Source: Dehalococcoidia bacterium (lineage in GTDB: Bacteria; Chloroflexota; Dehalococcoidia; SM23-28-2; RBG-16-64-32). Taken from it: DNA of 64,000 nucleotides. The stretch's first letter is position 1. Each line of letters begins with the position of its first letter. The notes beneath the pieces were generated by a model. It searched no databases. It was not told where the DNA came from and was given only the letters and a program-made list of their open reading frames with translations. The stretch lies in the NCBI GenBank assembly GCA_963665775.2, contig CAXXTF010000001.1, positions 96,001-160,000 on the forward strand. Reading direction: 5' to 3'. Both the position numbers and the translations under genes were made by a program. Shown piece by piece: positions 22,070-32,125 of this stretch.

Positions 22070-23131
22070 TTAGCGCAACCCAATGGCCCTCTCCACGGCC
22101 TCCTCATCGGCCGGGACCTCCGTCATCTCCGCCTCGATGCCCAGGGCGGTGTCAGGGTCCTTCAAGCCGTGTCCTGTGATAACACAGACCACAGTCTCGT
22201 CCCTCAGGTCGTGCTCCCGGGAATACTTGATCAGGCCGGCCACGGCCGCCGCTGAGGCTGGCTCCGCGAAGAGCCCCTCCTCCTGCGCCAGCAGGCGGTA
22301 GGCCTCCAGTATCTCCTCGTCGGTAACGGCACCGATCACCCCGCCCGATTCGTCGCGGGCGGCCAGGGCCCCCTGCCAGCTGGCCGGGTTCCCAATGCGG
22401 ATGGCGGAGGCGACGGTCTCCGGGTTCTCCACGCGCTCTCCGCGCACGATAGGGGCGGCGCCGCTGGCCTGCCAGCCCATCATGCGGGGTTTCTTGGTGC
22501 AGAGCTCGGCCCGGTAGTACTCAACGAAGCCGCGCCAGTAAGCGGTGATGTTGCCAGCGTTGCCCACCGGGATGAACAGCCGGTCCGGGGCGTCCCCCAG
22601 GGCATCTACGATCTCGAAGGCGGCGGTCTTCTGCCCTTCCAGGCGGTGAGGGTTGACCGAGTTCACCAGGGCCACCGCATGGTGCTCATCTATGAAGCGG
22701 GCGAGGGACAGCGCCTGGTCGAAGTTGCCGTCGATAGCCAGCACGCGGGCGCCGTGGGCGACGGCCTGGGCCAGCTTACCCTGGGCGATGTTTCCTCTAG
22801 GCACCAGCACGTACACGTCCAGGCCACAGTGGGCGGCGTAGGCTGCCGCCGAGGCGCTGGTGTTGCCGGTGGAGGCGCAGAGGACGGCCCCGCATCCCGC
22901 CTCCATGGCCTTGGCCACAGCCACCACCATCCCTCGATCCTTGAAGGAGCCGGTGGGATTGCACAGCTCCAGCTTGAAAAGCAGATCGCGACAGCGGACG
23001 CGCTCCTGGAGGCGGCGGCTGCGCACCAGTGGCGTGTCGCCTTCGCCTAAGGTGATGGACGGAGTGGCTTCGGTGATCGGGAGCCACTCCCTGTATCGGT
23101 CCAGCACGCCGACGCCGTGAGCGTCACTCAT
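22070..23131 (-). CDS. thrC: Threonine synthase
   Basis: NPTGSFKDRGM, CASTGNTSAS, PVGNAGN, TGHGLKD. Confidence 0.95.
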   Translation of the reverse strand: MSDAHGVGVLDRYREWLPITEATPSITLGEGDTPLVRSRRLQERVRCRDLLFKLELCNPTGSFKDRGMVVAVAKAMEAGCGAVLCASTGNTSASAAAYAAHCGLDVYVLVPRGNIAQGKLAQAVAHGARVLAIDGNFDQALSLARFIDEHHAVALVNSVNPHRLEGQKTAAFEIVDALGDAPDRLFIPVGNAGNITAYWRGFVEYYRAELCTKKPRMMGWQASGAAPIVRGERVENPETVASAIRIGNPASWQGALAARDESGGVIGAVTDEEILEAYRLLAQEEGLFAEPASAAAVAGLIKYSREHDLRDETVVCVITGHGLKDPDTALGIEAEMTEVPADEEAVERAIGLR

Positions 23132-24137
23132 GGCTGATGATTTCACCTTGGCTCAGCTCCTTGATCTCTTGCGCCAGGGCCTCCACCTGGCGGCGGCGCT
23201 GCCGCAGCGTGGCCTGGAAGAGGCGCTTGATCTGGCCCTTCGTCTGATCGTCCAGTTCTCGCAGCTGCTCCGTGACGAGCAGCAGCTGGGTGGCCTGGGA
23301 CTGACTCCGCTGGTCTAGCCGGGCCAGCCCTTGCACGAACTCCTCGACGCGCTCCAGCTGCTCCTCGCTGAGGCGATCGATGGCCGCCAGGCGTTCTGCC
23401 ATCTGCCCTCGCTCGAAGCTTGCCCGCTGCAGCAGCTCCCTCGCCTCCTCAGGAAAGTCGTCCGCCGCCTCCAACTGGCCCAGACGCTCTCCCTGGCGGT
23501 GGAACTGATCCTGCATAAGGTTCAACCGCTCGCTCAGGGCCTCACCCTCGCCACGTAGGGCCCCGATCTGCCCGTTGGCGCGGCCGAGCTCGTGCTCCAG
23601 GCGGGTGCCCCCCTCCAGGGCTCGCGCCGCAACAGTGGACATCTCCTGCAGATCCTGGGCCAGACCCTCGTGCGCCAGCCTCGTGCCAGCCACATCATCC
23701 TTAACATGTCGGGAGGCATCCTCCTGAGCTCGATGATGGCTCTCGTACTGGGCGCCCTGTTTGGCCAGAGCCCCCAACTGCATGGTAAAGGCAGTGAGTT
23801 CTTGTCGTTCTCGCCCGGCCTCCGCCTGACCCTGGCGGCCCATCTCCTCCACACGATTAGCCAGATCCGTCTGCCGGTCCTGCACCCGGCCGAGATGTTC
23901 TCGCACCTGGCGCAGCTCTTCTTTCAGGCTCGGCAAGGCAGCGACAGTCACGCCGGAGGCAGAGAGTGTGTCCGCCAGCCTGTGCAGATCAGATTCCAGA
24001 GACCAGACCCGCTTGAGCCCCTGCTCCAGCTCCTCTTCTACCCTCTGCAGACGGGCCTGCGGCTCCTGAAGCTCCGCCTCCGGCCGCTGAGACGGCTTTT
24101 CACTGGGCCGCTGCTTTCGGGGCTGACGCTGGGCCAC
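23124..24137 (-). CDS. Long coiled-coil hypothetical protein
   Basis: E/Q/R/L-rich heptad pattern; overlaps thrC start. Confidence 0.7.
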   Translation of the reverse strand: MAQRQPRKQRPSEKPSQRPEAELQEPQARLQRVEEELEQGLKRVWSLESDLHRLADTLSASGVTVAALPSLKEELRQVREHLGRVQDRQTDLANRVEEMGRQGQAEAGRERQELTAFTMQLGALAKQGAQYESHHRAQEDASRHVKDDVAGTRLAHEGLAQDLQEMSTVAARALEGGTRLEHELGRANGQIGALRGEGEALSERLNLMQDQFHRQGERLGQLEAADDFPEEARELLQRASFERGQMAERLAAIDRLSEEQLERVEEFVQGLARLDQRSQSQATQLLLVTEQLRELDDQTKGQIKRLFQATLRQRRRQVEALAQEIKELSQGEIISHE

Positions 24138-24143
24138 GAGGCC

Positions 24144-25436
24144 TCAATCCTCCACTCGCAGAAGGTTGCCCACCTGACGCACTCCGGCCAGGCCATTGAT
24201 CTGGCCGATGGCGGCCTGCACCGCCGCCTCCTGCCCGGCGTGGGTCATGATCACCAGCTCCGCCGTCTGGGCCGCCTCGTCGGTCTCCTTCTGGATCACG
24301 GAGGCGATGCTTACCGCGTTGTCTCCCAAGCAGCGGGCGATACCCGCCAGCACTCCCGGCCGGTCGGATACCTCCATCCTTATGTAGTAGCGGCTGATCA
24401 GCTCTGAGACGGGCTTTACGGTCATGTCCCCAGTATACCGCCAAGGGGCGGGTCGGTTTCCCTGGACGATTGAGCGAGCCGCATCCAGGACGTCAGCCAT
24501 GATCGCCGAGGCCGTGGGCTGGGCGCCCGCCCCGGCCCCCTGGAAGAGGACTCGTCCGGTCAGGTCGCCCTCCACCTGCACCGCGTTGAGGACGCCGTCC
24601 ACCTTGGCCAGCAGCTCAGCCTCCGGCAGCAGCGCGGGGTGCACCCGCACCTGGAGGGCTCCCTCATCGCGCCGGGCTACGGCCAACAGCTTGATGACGT
24701 AACCCAGCTCACGAGCGTAGCGGAAGTCGCGGGAGTTGAGGCGGGTGATCCCCTCGCGGTACACATCCTGGGGACGCACGTGGGTATGGAAGGCCAGACT
24801 GGCCAGGATGGCCAGCTTGTAGGCGGCATCGTGCCCCTCGATGTCGTTGGCAGGGTCCGACTCGGCATAGCCCAGCTCCTGGGCTTGAGCGAGGGCGGAA
24901 CCGAAGTCGATCTCCTCGCGGCTCATGCGTGTCAGGATATAGTTGGTGGTGCCGTTGATTATGGCTCTGAGGCTGGCAACCTCGTTGGCCGAAAAGTCCC
25001 GTTTCAGGGGCGAGATGATGGGGATGCCGCCGCCCACGCTCGCCTCGTAAAGGATATCGGTTCCGGCTTCAGCCGCCAGTGCCAGCAGCTCCGGGCCGTG
25101 CTTGGCGATGACCTCCTTGTTGCCGGTCACAACGTAGTGGCCGGCGGCCAGCCCTTGCCTGATGTAGTCATAGGCCGGACGCTCGCCGCCCATCACCTCG
25201 ACGACGATGTCGCAGTCCTCGGCGAGGGCCTCCTGCGGATCGGCCGTAAGCAGGGAGCTATCCAGGGGCAGGTGCCGCTCTCTGGAGGTGTCCCTCACCA
25301 GCACCCGCCGCAGAACCACGGGGAGGCCCACCCGCTGAGAGTAGCTTTCGGCCTTCTCGACCAGGGCCCGCGCCACGCCGCTGCCCACGACGCCCAGGCC
25401 CATGAGCAGGATGTTTATCTGAGAGCGGCCGCTCAT
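24144..25436 (-). CDS. hom: Homoserine dehydrogenase with ACT domain
   Basis: GLGVVG, EASVGGGIP, NGTTNYIL, DRPGVLA. Confidence 0.96.
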   Translation of the reverse strand: MSGRSQINILLMGLGVVGSGVARALVEKAESYSQRVGLPVVLRRVLVRDTSRERHLPLDSSLLTADPQEALAEDCDIVVEVMGGERPAYDYIRQGLAAGHYVVTGNKEVIAKHGPELLALAAEAGTDILYEASVGGGIPIISPLKRDFSANEVASLRAIINGTTNYILTRMSREEIDFGSALAQAQELGYAESDPANDIEGHDAAYKLAILASLAFHTHVRPQDVYREGITRLNSRDFRYARELGYVIKLLAVARRDEGALQVRVHPALLPEAELLAKVDGVLNAVQVEGDLTGRVLFQGAGAGAQPTASAIMADVLDAARSIVQGNRPAPWRYTGDMTVKPVSELISRYYIRMEVSDRPGVLAGIARCLGDNAVSIASVIQKETDEAAQTAELVIMTHAGQEAAVQAAIGQINGLAGVRQVGNLLRVED

Positions 25437-25445
25437 ACTTGCCGC

Positions 25446-26462
25446 CTAGGTAGAGTAGGCATGGTCAAATGCCCAGCTCGCCTTCTCCGCATCCTGACTG
25501 ACAAACTCCCGAATCTCCAGCTGTGTACGCTTCTCGCCCAGCCAGTCCAGAAGCGCACTGTTGGCCAGGGTAAGCCTGTGATCCGGCTCGATCTCCCGCT
25601 CCTCCTCCTTCTCCAGCACCTGGAACACCCCCACGACCGAAGATACGAGAATGGTGGTCAGACCGTCCGGCTCAAGGCCAAAGAGTGTATCCTCCACCGT
25701 CTCTGCGAGGATACCCCTGGGCACCCATCCCACGTCGCCGCCGTCAGCCGCCGTCGTCGTGTCCAGGGAAAGCTCTAGCGCCAACTCCGCAAAATCCTCC
25801 CCCTCCTCCACCCTCCGCACGATGTCGTCAGCGGTGGCCTGGTCGGCTACCAGGATGAGGCGGTAGCGGATGGACTCCGCGGAGGAGGGCACCTCCGCTT
25901 CCAGTTTCTCCCGGATCTTATCCCTCAAGACAGCGGCCTCAATCATCTGCGTGTACTGCTCCTCTGAAAAACCGCTCCGTGAGAGTTCCGCCTGAAAGCG
26001 CAGGTCAAAACCAGGGTCATCCGCTGTCGTGCCCAGGCGGACCGCCATCTCATCCCTGATCTCCGCCTCGTTGGCAGAAACGTCCATCTCGGAGGCGAAC
26101 CGGATCAGGATGGTCTCTTCCACAATCTGGTTGGTGACCGTGTTTATCGCCAGCAAGAACTGGGCTGTATTTGCCGGGATGCCTACCTGTTGACCGTGCA
26201 TCCGGAGACGGTCGCTGAAGTAGCGCAGGGTGAACTTGGTATCGTCCACCTGGACGGCGGTGGAGCCGGGCCTTCGCTGATCGGCCCAGAAGTCTGACAG
26301 GAAGGCGAAGCCGACCACAGCCAGAGCCAGGACCACCAGGGCGATGATGCCACCCATGGCATAGAGCCGGAGGTTGCGCCCCGTGAGCCGACCGGCCAGA
26401 GTGCCCCCGGAGGACTCCCAGGCAGGGGTAGGTATCCGGCGCCGACGACTCTTCCTAGGCAA
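25446..26462 (-). CDS. SurA/PrsA-like parvulin PPIase, membrane anchored
   Basis: TM anchor; DFAELALELSLD...GGDVGW. Confidence 0.8.
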   Translation of the reverse strand: MPRKSRRRRIPTPAWESSGGTLAGRLTGRNLRLYAMGGIIALVVLALAVVGFAFLSDFWADQRRPGSTAVQVDDTKFTLRYFSDRLRMHGQQVGIPANTAQFLLAINTVTNQIVEETILIRFASEMDVSANEAEIRDEMAVRLGTTADDPGFDLRFQAELSRSGFSEEQYTQMIEAAVLRDKIREKLEAEVPSSAESIRYRLILVADQATADDIVRRVEEGEDFAELALELSLDTTTAADGGDVGWVPRGILAETVEDTLFGLEPDGLTTILVSSVVGVFQVLEKEEEREIEPDHRLTLANSALLDWLGEKRTQLEIREFVSQDAEKASWAFDHAYST

Positions 26463-26533
26463 GCGCTGAGCCCCTTACCAATGCTAGAACAGGGTGCAAC
26501 TCACCCTCTGGGGCCGGGACCCCTCGTCCCGCT

Positions 26534-27079
26534 CTAGCGGGTACGGCCGATCCCCGCACCACGTATGTGGTCTGCCGTGTACGGCAGCAAGGCCAGATGA
26601 CGGGCCCGCTTGATCGCCTGGGCAAGTGCCCTTTGATGCTTGGCGCAGCAACTGCTCTTCCGGCGGGTGTCTATGCGACCGCGCTCCGACAGATAGCGCC
26701 GCAGGAAGACCACATCCTTATAGTCCACAAATTTCATCTTGTCCACGCACATGGCACAGGCCCGACGCCTCCCGCCCCGACCCCGTCGTGGCCTCTCGCC
26801 ATCGTCCGGAGCGGTAGCCGGCCGGAACTCCCCAGACGGCGGCGATCCTCGGTCTGCAGGCAATTCCCGGACTGCCGGCGCGGCCCCGGCTGGGGGCGGC
26901 GATCCTCGGTCTGCAGGCAATTCCCGGACTGCCGGCGCGGCCCCGGCTGGGGGCGGCGACAGATCGGTCTCAGGCGATGCCGGCGCGCCCCCGGCCGGGG
27001 GCGGCGACAGTCCGGCCTCAGGCGATGCCGCCGTTAGAACTGGTTCGGCGCCCTCTTCCCTCTCCACTTCGATTGCCAT
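26534..27079 (-). CDS. rpsR: 30S ribosomal protein S18 (Zn-binding form) with long repetitive N-terminal extension
   Basis: [33 protein letters not shown]; rpsF-ssb-rpsR order. Confidence 0.93.
   Translation of the reverse strand: MAIEVEREEGAEPVLTAASPEAGLSPPPAGGAPASPETDLSPPPAGAAPAVRELPADRGSPPPAGAAPAVRELPADRGSPPSGEFRPATAPDDGERPRRGRGGRRRACAMCVDKMKFVDYKDVVFLRRYLSERGRIDTRRKSSCCAKHQRALAQAIKRARHLALLPYTADHIRGAGIGRTR
26838..27030. repeat. Coding tandem repeat (2 x 57 bp exact plus 48-bp variant units)
   Basis: ggcggcgatcctcggtctgcaggcaattcccggactgccggcgcggccccggctggg at 26838 and 26895. Confidence 0.95.
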
Positions 27080-27093
27080 ACCCCCTGCCTAAC

Positions 27094-27495
27094 CTACTCG
27101 AATGGTACCTCTTCGACGTCTATCTGCTCAGGATCGCCCTGCTCCTCCGGCAGGGGCGCGCCCGGTGCCCGATCCAGAAACATTACGTGATCCGCCACCA
27201 CCTCCGTGCGATAGCGGCGCTGGCCTTCCGGGGTGTCCCAGGAGCGCGTCTGCAGGCGGCCCTCCACGTATACGCGGCGTCCCTTCTGCAGGAACTGACT
27301 ACACTGTTCGGCCAGCTTGCGCCAGGTTACAACGGAGAACCACTCCGTCTCCTCGCGACGCTCGCCATCCGGGCTGGTGATGTTTCGGCTGGCAGCTACC
27401 CGAAAGCTGGTAAGGGCATTGCCGTCCGCAGTATAGCGCATCTCGGGATCCGCACCCAGGTTCCCGATAATCATGACCTTGTTAAGACCTGCCAT
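27094..27495 (-). CDS. ssb: Single-stranded DNA-binding protein
   Basis: NKVMIIGNLGADPE, VYVEGRLQTRSW, acidic C-terminal VPF. Confidence 0.96.
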   Translation of the reverse strand: MAGLNKVMIIGNLGADPEMRYTADGNALTSFRVAASRNITSPDGERREETEWFSVVTWRKLAEQCSQFLQKGRRVYVEGRLQTRSWDTPEGQRRYRTEVVADHVMFLDRAPGAPLPEEQGDPEQIDVEEVPFE

Positions 27496-27523
27496 CTCGG
27501 CGCTCCTTCGGAACTCCCCGCTC

Positions 27524-27811
27524 TTACTCCTCGAGCCTTACAACGAGGTGCCGGATGACATCCTCTGCCAGCTCGAGGTTTCCCTCCAGAGCTCTCACCG
27601 CCTGGGGGTCCAGGCTGAACTGGGCGACCACGTAGTGACCCTCCTGGTGCCGTTGAATGGGATAGGCGAGCTTGCGTCGGCCCCAGGGATCCACCTGCCT
27701 GACCTCTCCACCTCGCTCCTGAATGAACTGCTGCACCCGCTCCACGGTGGCCGATAGGTCCTCGTCGGCCACCTCTGGGCTGACTACCATCACCAACTCG
27801 TATTCGCGCAC
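27524..27811 (-). CDS. rpsF: 30S ribosomal protein S6
   Basis: REYELVMVV, WGRRKLAYPI, VIRHLVV; GTG start with GAGGT SD; TGgTATAAT at 27891-27899. Confidence 0.95.
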   Translation of the reverse strand: MREYELVMVVSPEVADEDLSATVERVQQFIQERGGEVRQVDPWGRRKLAYPIQRHQEGHYVVAQFSLDPQAVRALEGNLELAEDVIRHLVVRLEE

Positions 27812-27981
27812 TGATACCTCACCGAATAACAAAACTAAACCCCCGCCAGGTCCAGGCCCACAATGGCCACCGCCTTCACGAGTATGGGGGATTATACCAT
27901 GCAGCAAAGGCAGCAACAAGGCGACTCTTTCACCCACCACCGGCACGAGCGAGCGCCCGCTTTACCCCCCGCGCGATCTCC

Positions 27982-29244
27982 TTACGCCTTCACCCCTGCC
28001 CGATCGCTGATGCCGGGGGCCGGGAAGGCGGAGGCCATCTCCTCCACTTCTCGCCGCACATCCGCCATCACCTTCTCGTCCTCGTCGCCCTCCAGCACCC
28101 GCGAGATGAAGGCGGCGATAGACCTGATCTCGTCCGGGCCCATGCCACGGCTGGCGAGCCCCGGGGTGCCCAGGCGAAGCCCGCTGCCCACGGTCGGCGG
28201 CCGCTCATCGAAGGGGATCGTGTTCTTGTTAGCGTAGATCCCCACGGCGCCCAGGACCCGCTCCGCCTTGGCGCCGGAGATACCTTTGGCCCCTACGTCC
28301 ACCAGCACCAGGTGGTTGTCGGTGCCGCCGGAGACGAGGCGCCAGCCCCGGGACTGGAGCTCCTCAGCCAGGATGCGGGCATTCTCCACTACCTGCTCCT
28401 GATAGCGCACGAACTCCGGCTTGAGCGCCTCGCCGAAGCAGACAGCCTTGCCGGCCACAACGTGCATGTGAGGCCCGCCCTGAGTGCCGGGGAAGAGGGC
28501 CTTGTCGATCTTCGCGGCCAGCTCCTCCTTGCAGAGGATAAAGGCGCTGCGGGGGCCACGGAGGGTCTTATGGGTAGTGGAGGTGACGACGTGAGCGTAG
28601 GGGACGGGCGAGGGGTGCAGCCCAGCCGCCACCAGCCCTGCGATGTGAGCCATGTCCACCATCAGGTAGGCCCCCACCTCATCGGCGATCTCCCGCGCCC
28701 GGGCGAAGTCTATGAGGCGCGGGTAGGCGGTAGCGCCGACAACGATAACCTTCGGCCTGTGTTCACGGGCCAGGCGAGCCATCTCGTCGTAGTCGATTCG
28801 CTCGGTCTCCCGATCGACGCCGTAGTGCACGAAGCTGTACAGGCGAGCGGAGAAGTTCACCTTAAGGCCGTGGCTGAGGTGGCCTCCCTGATCGAGCCTC
28901 ATAGCCAGAACGGGCTCTCCCAGCTCCAGGAGGGCGAAGTAGGCGGACATGTTCGCCTCGGCACCGGAGTGAGGCTGCACGTTGGCATGCTCGGCCCCGA
29001 ATATCTGCTTCGCCCGCGAGAGGGCCAGCTCCTCCGCCTGATCCACGAACTGGCAGCCGCCGTAGTAGCGCTTCCCGGGGTAGCCCTCAGCGTACTTGTT
29101 GGAGAGGACGGAGCCCACCGCCTCCAGCACCGCCGCGCTGGTGTAGTTCTCCGAGGCGATCATCCCCAGCCCCAGCCGCTGACGCTCCTCCTCCCTGCGG
29201 ATGATGGCAGCTAATTCCGGATCGGTACGCCCCAGAACACCCAT
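27982..29244 (-). CDS. glyA: Serine hydroxymethyltransferase
   Basis: [29 protein letters not shown]. Confidence 0.97.
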   Translation of the reverse strand: MGVLGRTDPELAAIIRREEERQRLGLGMIASENYTSAAVLEAVGSVLSNKYAEGYPGKRYYGGCQFVDQAEELALSRAKQIFGAEHANVQPHSGAEANMSAYFALLELGEPVLAMRLDQGGHLSHGLKVNFSARLYSFVHYGVDRETERIDYDEMARLAREHRPKVIVVGATAYPRLIDFARAREIADEVGAYLMVDMAHIAGLVAAGLHPSPVPYAHVVTSTTHKTLRGPRSAFILCKEELAAKIDKALFPGTQGGPHMHVVAGKAVCFGEALKPEFVRYQEQVVENARILAEELQSRGWRLVSGGTDNHLVLVDVGAKGISGAKAERVLGAVGIYANKNTIPFDERPPTVGSGLRLGTPGLASRGMGPDEIRSIAAFISRVLEGDEDEKVMADVRREVEEMASAFPAPGISDRAGVKA

Positions 29245-29364
29245 GCTCTCACCCCTACTAAACGGAGAAGGCGGGACGCCGTCCCGCGAGCCGCCGGCTA
29301 ACGGCCTAGCTAGAACGCCGCTGCCTTGGTTTCGACCCCAGTGTATGTCCGGCCATAGGCGTGG

Positions 29365-30486
29365 TCAATGAGAGGCTGCCCGCTCCTGCTCCTGCTCCTG
29401 CCAGGCGAACTCGTTCAGGGCCATAAGATCACCGGAGAGCAGCGAGTGTCCGCCCAGTAGCACCGGCATCGGCGCCTCCAGCGCGGCCCGCGTGAACTCC
29501 CGCAGGAACGGCTCCTGTATCGACTGCCAGCGACCGATGTCCGACAGAAAGCGATCCGCCCTGGAGGCATCCAATCTCAGGTGCGCGAGCAGCACCCGCG
29601 TATCGATGAGAGCGGCGTCGCCCAGCTCTGCCAGGGCGCTATAGAAGCGCCCGATGCCCACCGCTTCCAGGAAAAAGCCGACCAGGGAGCGCGCCGTCCC
29701 CCCTTGCGCCCGTCCGTCCGCCTGCATCCCCCGCTCCTCGGCGAACAGCCGCACCCGACAGGCCGTCTCCCGCTCCAGATATCGCCAGGCGTGGCTCCCC
29801 ACCCGCCCGGCCACCACGACCTGCGCCCCCGGGTCGAGAAAGAGAGGCAATAGGCTGCGGTAGCGGTCCAGCTCCAGCTCCAGCCCCTGGAGATACGATC
29901 GCAGGCGGGGTCCACCCAGCCCCGTCAGATGGAGCACCGCCAGGTCCGTGGGTCCGTCGATGTCCAACAACGTCGCGATGGTGCGGGGCAAGGGCTCCAC
30001 CGTCAGTCCGGCCCCCTCCACCAGGGAACGGGATAAGGCGTTATCGCTGGCGACCACCGTGACGGTGTCCATTACCGCCCCGTTGGCCCGAAAGGCCACC
30101 ATGTCGGAAGAGAACGGATTGTTGGTCACCAGGACCCCGTCCCGCTCCAGGACCCGGGCCAGGGCCGCGAAGTCATCGCCTGTGAACAAGGGCATGCTGC
30201 CGCCGCCCAGGTAGACGACGGCATCCAGCGAATGCCCGCGCATCACCTCCGCCAGCCGGCGCCCATAGTGGAAGGGCCCTTCATTTACATCCAGGGTGAC
30301 GCCGGGCAGGTCGACGGCCCAGGTGGGGTCGTCGGTAACGAGGATGGCGCCGGCGAAGGCCCCGCTGCCCAGAGCCACCTCGATACTGTCCAGGGCCGCG
30401 GCGCGACGGGAGCCGCCAACGATCGCCTCGATGGGGCTATCGCCCAAGCCGCCCAGAAAAACGACCAGCGTGGGCTGGCGGGCCAC
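29365..30486 (-). CDS. Conserved hypothetical protein, CofC/GT-A-like N-terminal fold
   Basis: Coupled to pfkB; LLDIDGPTDL resembles the DxD motif of CofC-like enzymes. Confidence 0.5.
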   Translation of the reverse strand: MARQPTLVVFLGGLGDSPIEAIVGGSRRAAALDSIEVALGSGAFAGAILVTDDPTWAVDLPGVTLDVNEGPFHYGRRLAEVMRGHSLDAVVYLGGGSMPLFTGDDFAALARVLERDGVLVTNNPFSSDMVAFRANGAVMDTVTVVASDNALSRSLVEGAGLTVEPLPRTIATLLDIDGPTDLAVLHLTGLGGPRLRSYLQGLELELDRYRSLLPLFLDPGAQVVVAGRVGSHAWRYLERETACRVRLFAEERGMQADGRAQGGTARSLVGFFLEAVGIGRFYSALAELGDAALIDTRVLLAHLRLDASRADRFLSDIGRWQSIQEPFLREFTRAALEAPMPVLLGGHSLLSGDLMALNEFAWQEQEQERAASH

Positions 30487-30490
30487 CGCC

Positions 30491-31459
30491 CTAGCTCCCC
30501 GAGGCTACCGGCGACTCGATGGGTTGGACCTTGACGCGGGGGAGGAGCATGTCCACCTCTCGGCGCTCACAGAGCTCGGTCCCCGGAGTAAGGACGGTAG
30601 CGGTGCCGGCGGCAATGCCCAGACGCAGCCCCTCCTCCAGGTCACCGCCCTGGCTCAACGTGAGCAGCACGCCGGCAAGCAAGGCGTCGCCCGAACCGAC
30701 AGCGCTGACCGAACGCACACGGGGCGCCACACCGCGCAAGCAAGAGTTATCGCTCAGCGCTACGGCGCCTTCGCGGCCCCGGGTCACCACCACCCTAGGA
30801 ATCCCCTGCCGATGCACAGTTCCCGCCGCCTCCAGTGTCGACGCCTCGTCGTCGAGATGCCGGCCCAGCAGCCGCTCCAGCTCACGGCGGTTCGACTTCA
30901 CCATCTCCGGATGGGCGGACACTCCAGCCTCCAGAGCGGCGCCGTCGGCGTCCAGTACCGGATGGGCGCCCATATCGCGAGCCTCCGTGATGATCTGGGC
31001 GTACACCTCAGGCCCGATGGGTGGCGGGATGCTCCCCGCCAGCACCAGCCAGTCGCCCGGCCGCAGCCGCCTGCGCAGGCGCTCCCTCAGCTCCTCGACG
31101 TCGCGAGGATCCGTCTCGGGACCGGGGTCGCTGAGGATGGTGTGCATGTGACGCGTCTCATCCAAAATCGTGATGTTGGTCCTGGTCTCCCCCCTGGTGT
31201 GCACGAAGTCACAGGCGATACCCTGGGCCCGCGGGGTCTGGGCCTGCAGGGTCTGCTCAATGTATCGGCCCAGCCCTCCCGGCGCCAATCCCATCGCCAG
31301 GCTCTCACCGCCCAACTCCCTGATCACCCGCGAGACGTTGATCCCCTTGCCGCCGGGGTCGAAGCGGCTGGACTTCACACGAATGGTATCCCCGGCAACG
31401 AATCTGGGGAGCACCAACGTCTGATCGATGGCCGGGTTGAGGGTGACGGTGACGATCAT
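30491..31459 (-). CDS. 1-phosphofructokinase-family (PfkB) sugar kinase
   Basis: TVTLNPAID, GGKGINVS, VGSGDA. Confidence 0.92.
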   Translation of the reverse strand: MIVTVTLNPAIDQTLVLPRFVAGDTIRVKSSRFDPGGKGINVSRVIRELGGESLAMGLAPGGLGRYIEQTLQAQTPRAQGIACDFVHTRGETRTNITILDETRHMHTILSDPGPETDPRDVEELRERLRRRLRPGDWLVLAGSIPPPIGPEVYAQIITEARDMGAHPVLDADGAALEAGVSAHPEMVKSNRRELERLLGRHLDDEASTLEAAGTVHRQGIPRVVVTRGREGAVALSDNSCLRGVAPRVRSVSAVGSGDALLAGVLLTLSQGGDLEEGLRLGIAAGTATVLTPGTELCERREVDMLLPRVKVQPIESPVASGS

Positions 31460-32028
31460 GAGCTTTCGGGCAGGATCATCCCATAGTCTCCGTCCTGACG
31501 CCGGTACAGAAGGGCCAGTATATCCTTATCGGCATCGCGGAACAGGAAGAAGGTGTGGCCAAGGAGCTCCATCTGCTATATCGCCTCGGCCTCCGTCATC
31601 GGCTTCATGGCGAAGCGCTTGACCTTCACGACGCGACCGGACACCAGCTCGGCTCCGGGTGGCAGCGGCGCTTCCGCTTCGTCGCCTTGGGACGCCGCCA
31701 GCCATTCTTCCTTGTTCCTCCGGCGCTCGCTGCGGTATAGCTTCTTCTCCTTGAGCCGCTTCACCTGCTGGGAAAGGGCAGCGGACCTGGCATCGACGGC
31801 GACCATCAGATCGAAGTTGCGCTCCTCTGCTCTTAAGAACGTGCCGCTAGCGTTCAGGGTTACCTGCACCACGAACCGGCCGCCATCTCCCTTCGCCTCC
31901 CGCCGCACATCTACGATGGCATGTTCCACCGCCGGCAGATAGCGGGCCAACCGGTCGAGCTTCTGGCCCGCGTAGCCGCGGAACTCATCACTAACGGTCA
32001 CCTGCTTTCCGCGGAAGATCAGCTCCAT
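31456..32028 (-). pseudogene. hpf: Long hibernation-promoting factor (HPF/RaiA + S30AE C-domain) interrupted by in-frame TAG at 31576-31578
   Basis: KRFAMKPMTEAEAI*QMELLGHTFFLFRD...LYRRQDGDYGMILPESS; terminal TGA overlaps pfkB ATG. Confidence 0.85.
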
Positions 32029-32125
32029 CCCGCTACCGTACCTCCAGACCCAATATGAGCCTCCAGGTAATCTAATTGTAAGCCCAGCCTAGTGTCCCTT
32101 CAAGCGTACTTACGCGTCCGGCCGC

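Noticed and set aside
26838-27030. Tandem repeats as a CRISPR array
   Set aside because: No unique spacers, units are in-frame coding, and there are no cas genes.
27110-27133. CCTGAGC...GTCGAAG in the ssb tail, and CAGGCTCAGGGCA near 6471, as extra copies of the 24-bp element
   Set aside because: Wrong spacing or only partial; explained by normal coding (PEQIDVEE; AQAQAQ).
27812-27890. S6:S18-binding leader upstream of rpsF
   Set aside because: Expected by position and ATACTC could pair with the SD region, but I could not identify the conserved CCR motif.
29245-29364. ZTP, THF or glycine riboswitch upstream of glyA
   Set aside because: Hairpins are present (gcgggac-ggc-gtcccgc) but the consensus motifs of those families were not found.
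31576-31578. Genome-wide amber reassignment (alternative code or pyrrolysine)
   Set aside because: Many intact genes (mnmA, rsfS, ndk, gyrA, ileS) end at TAG at their expected lengths.
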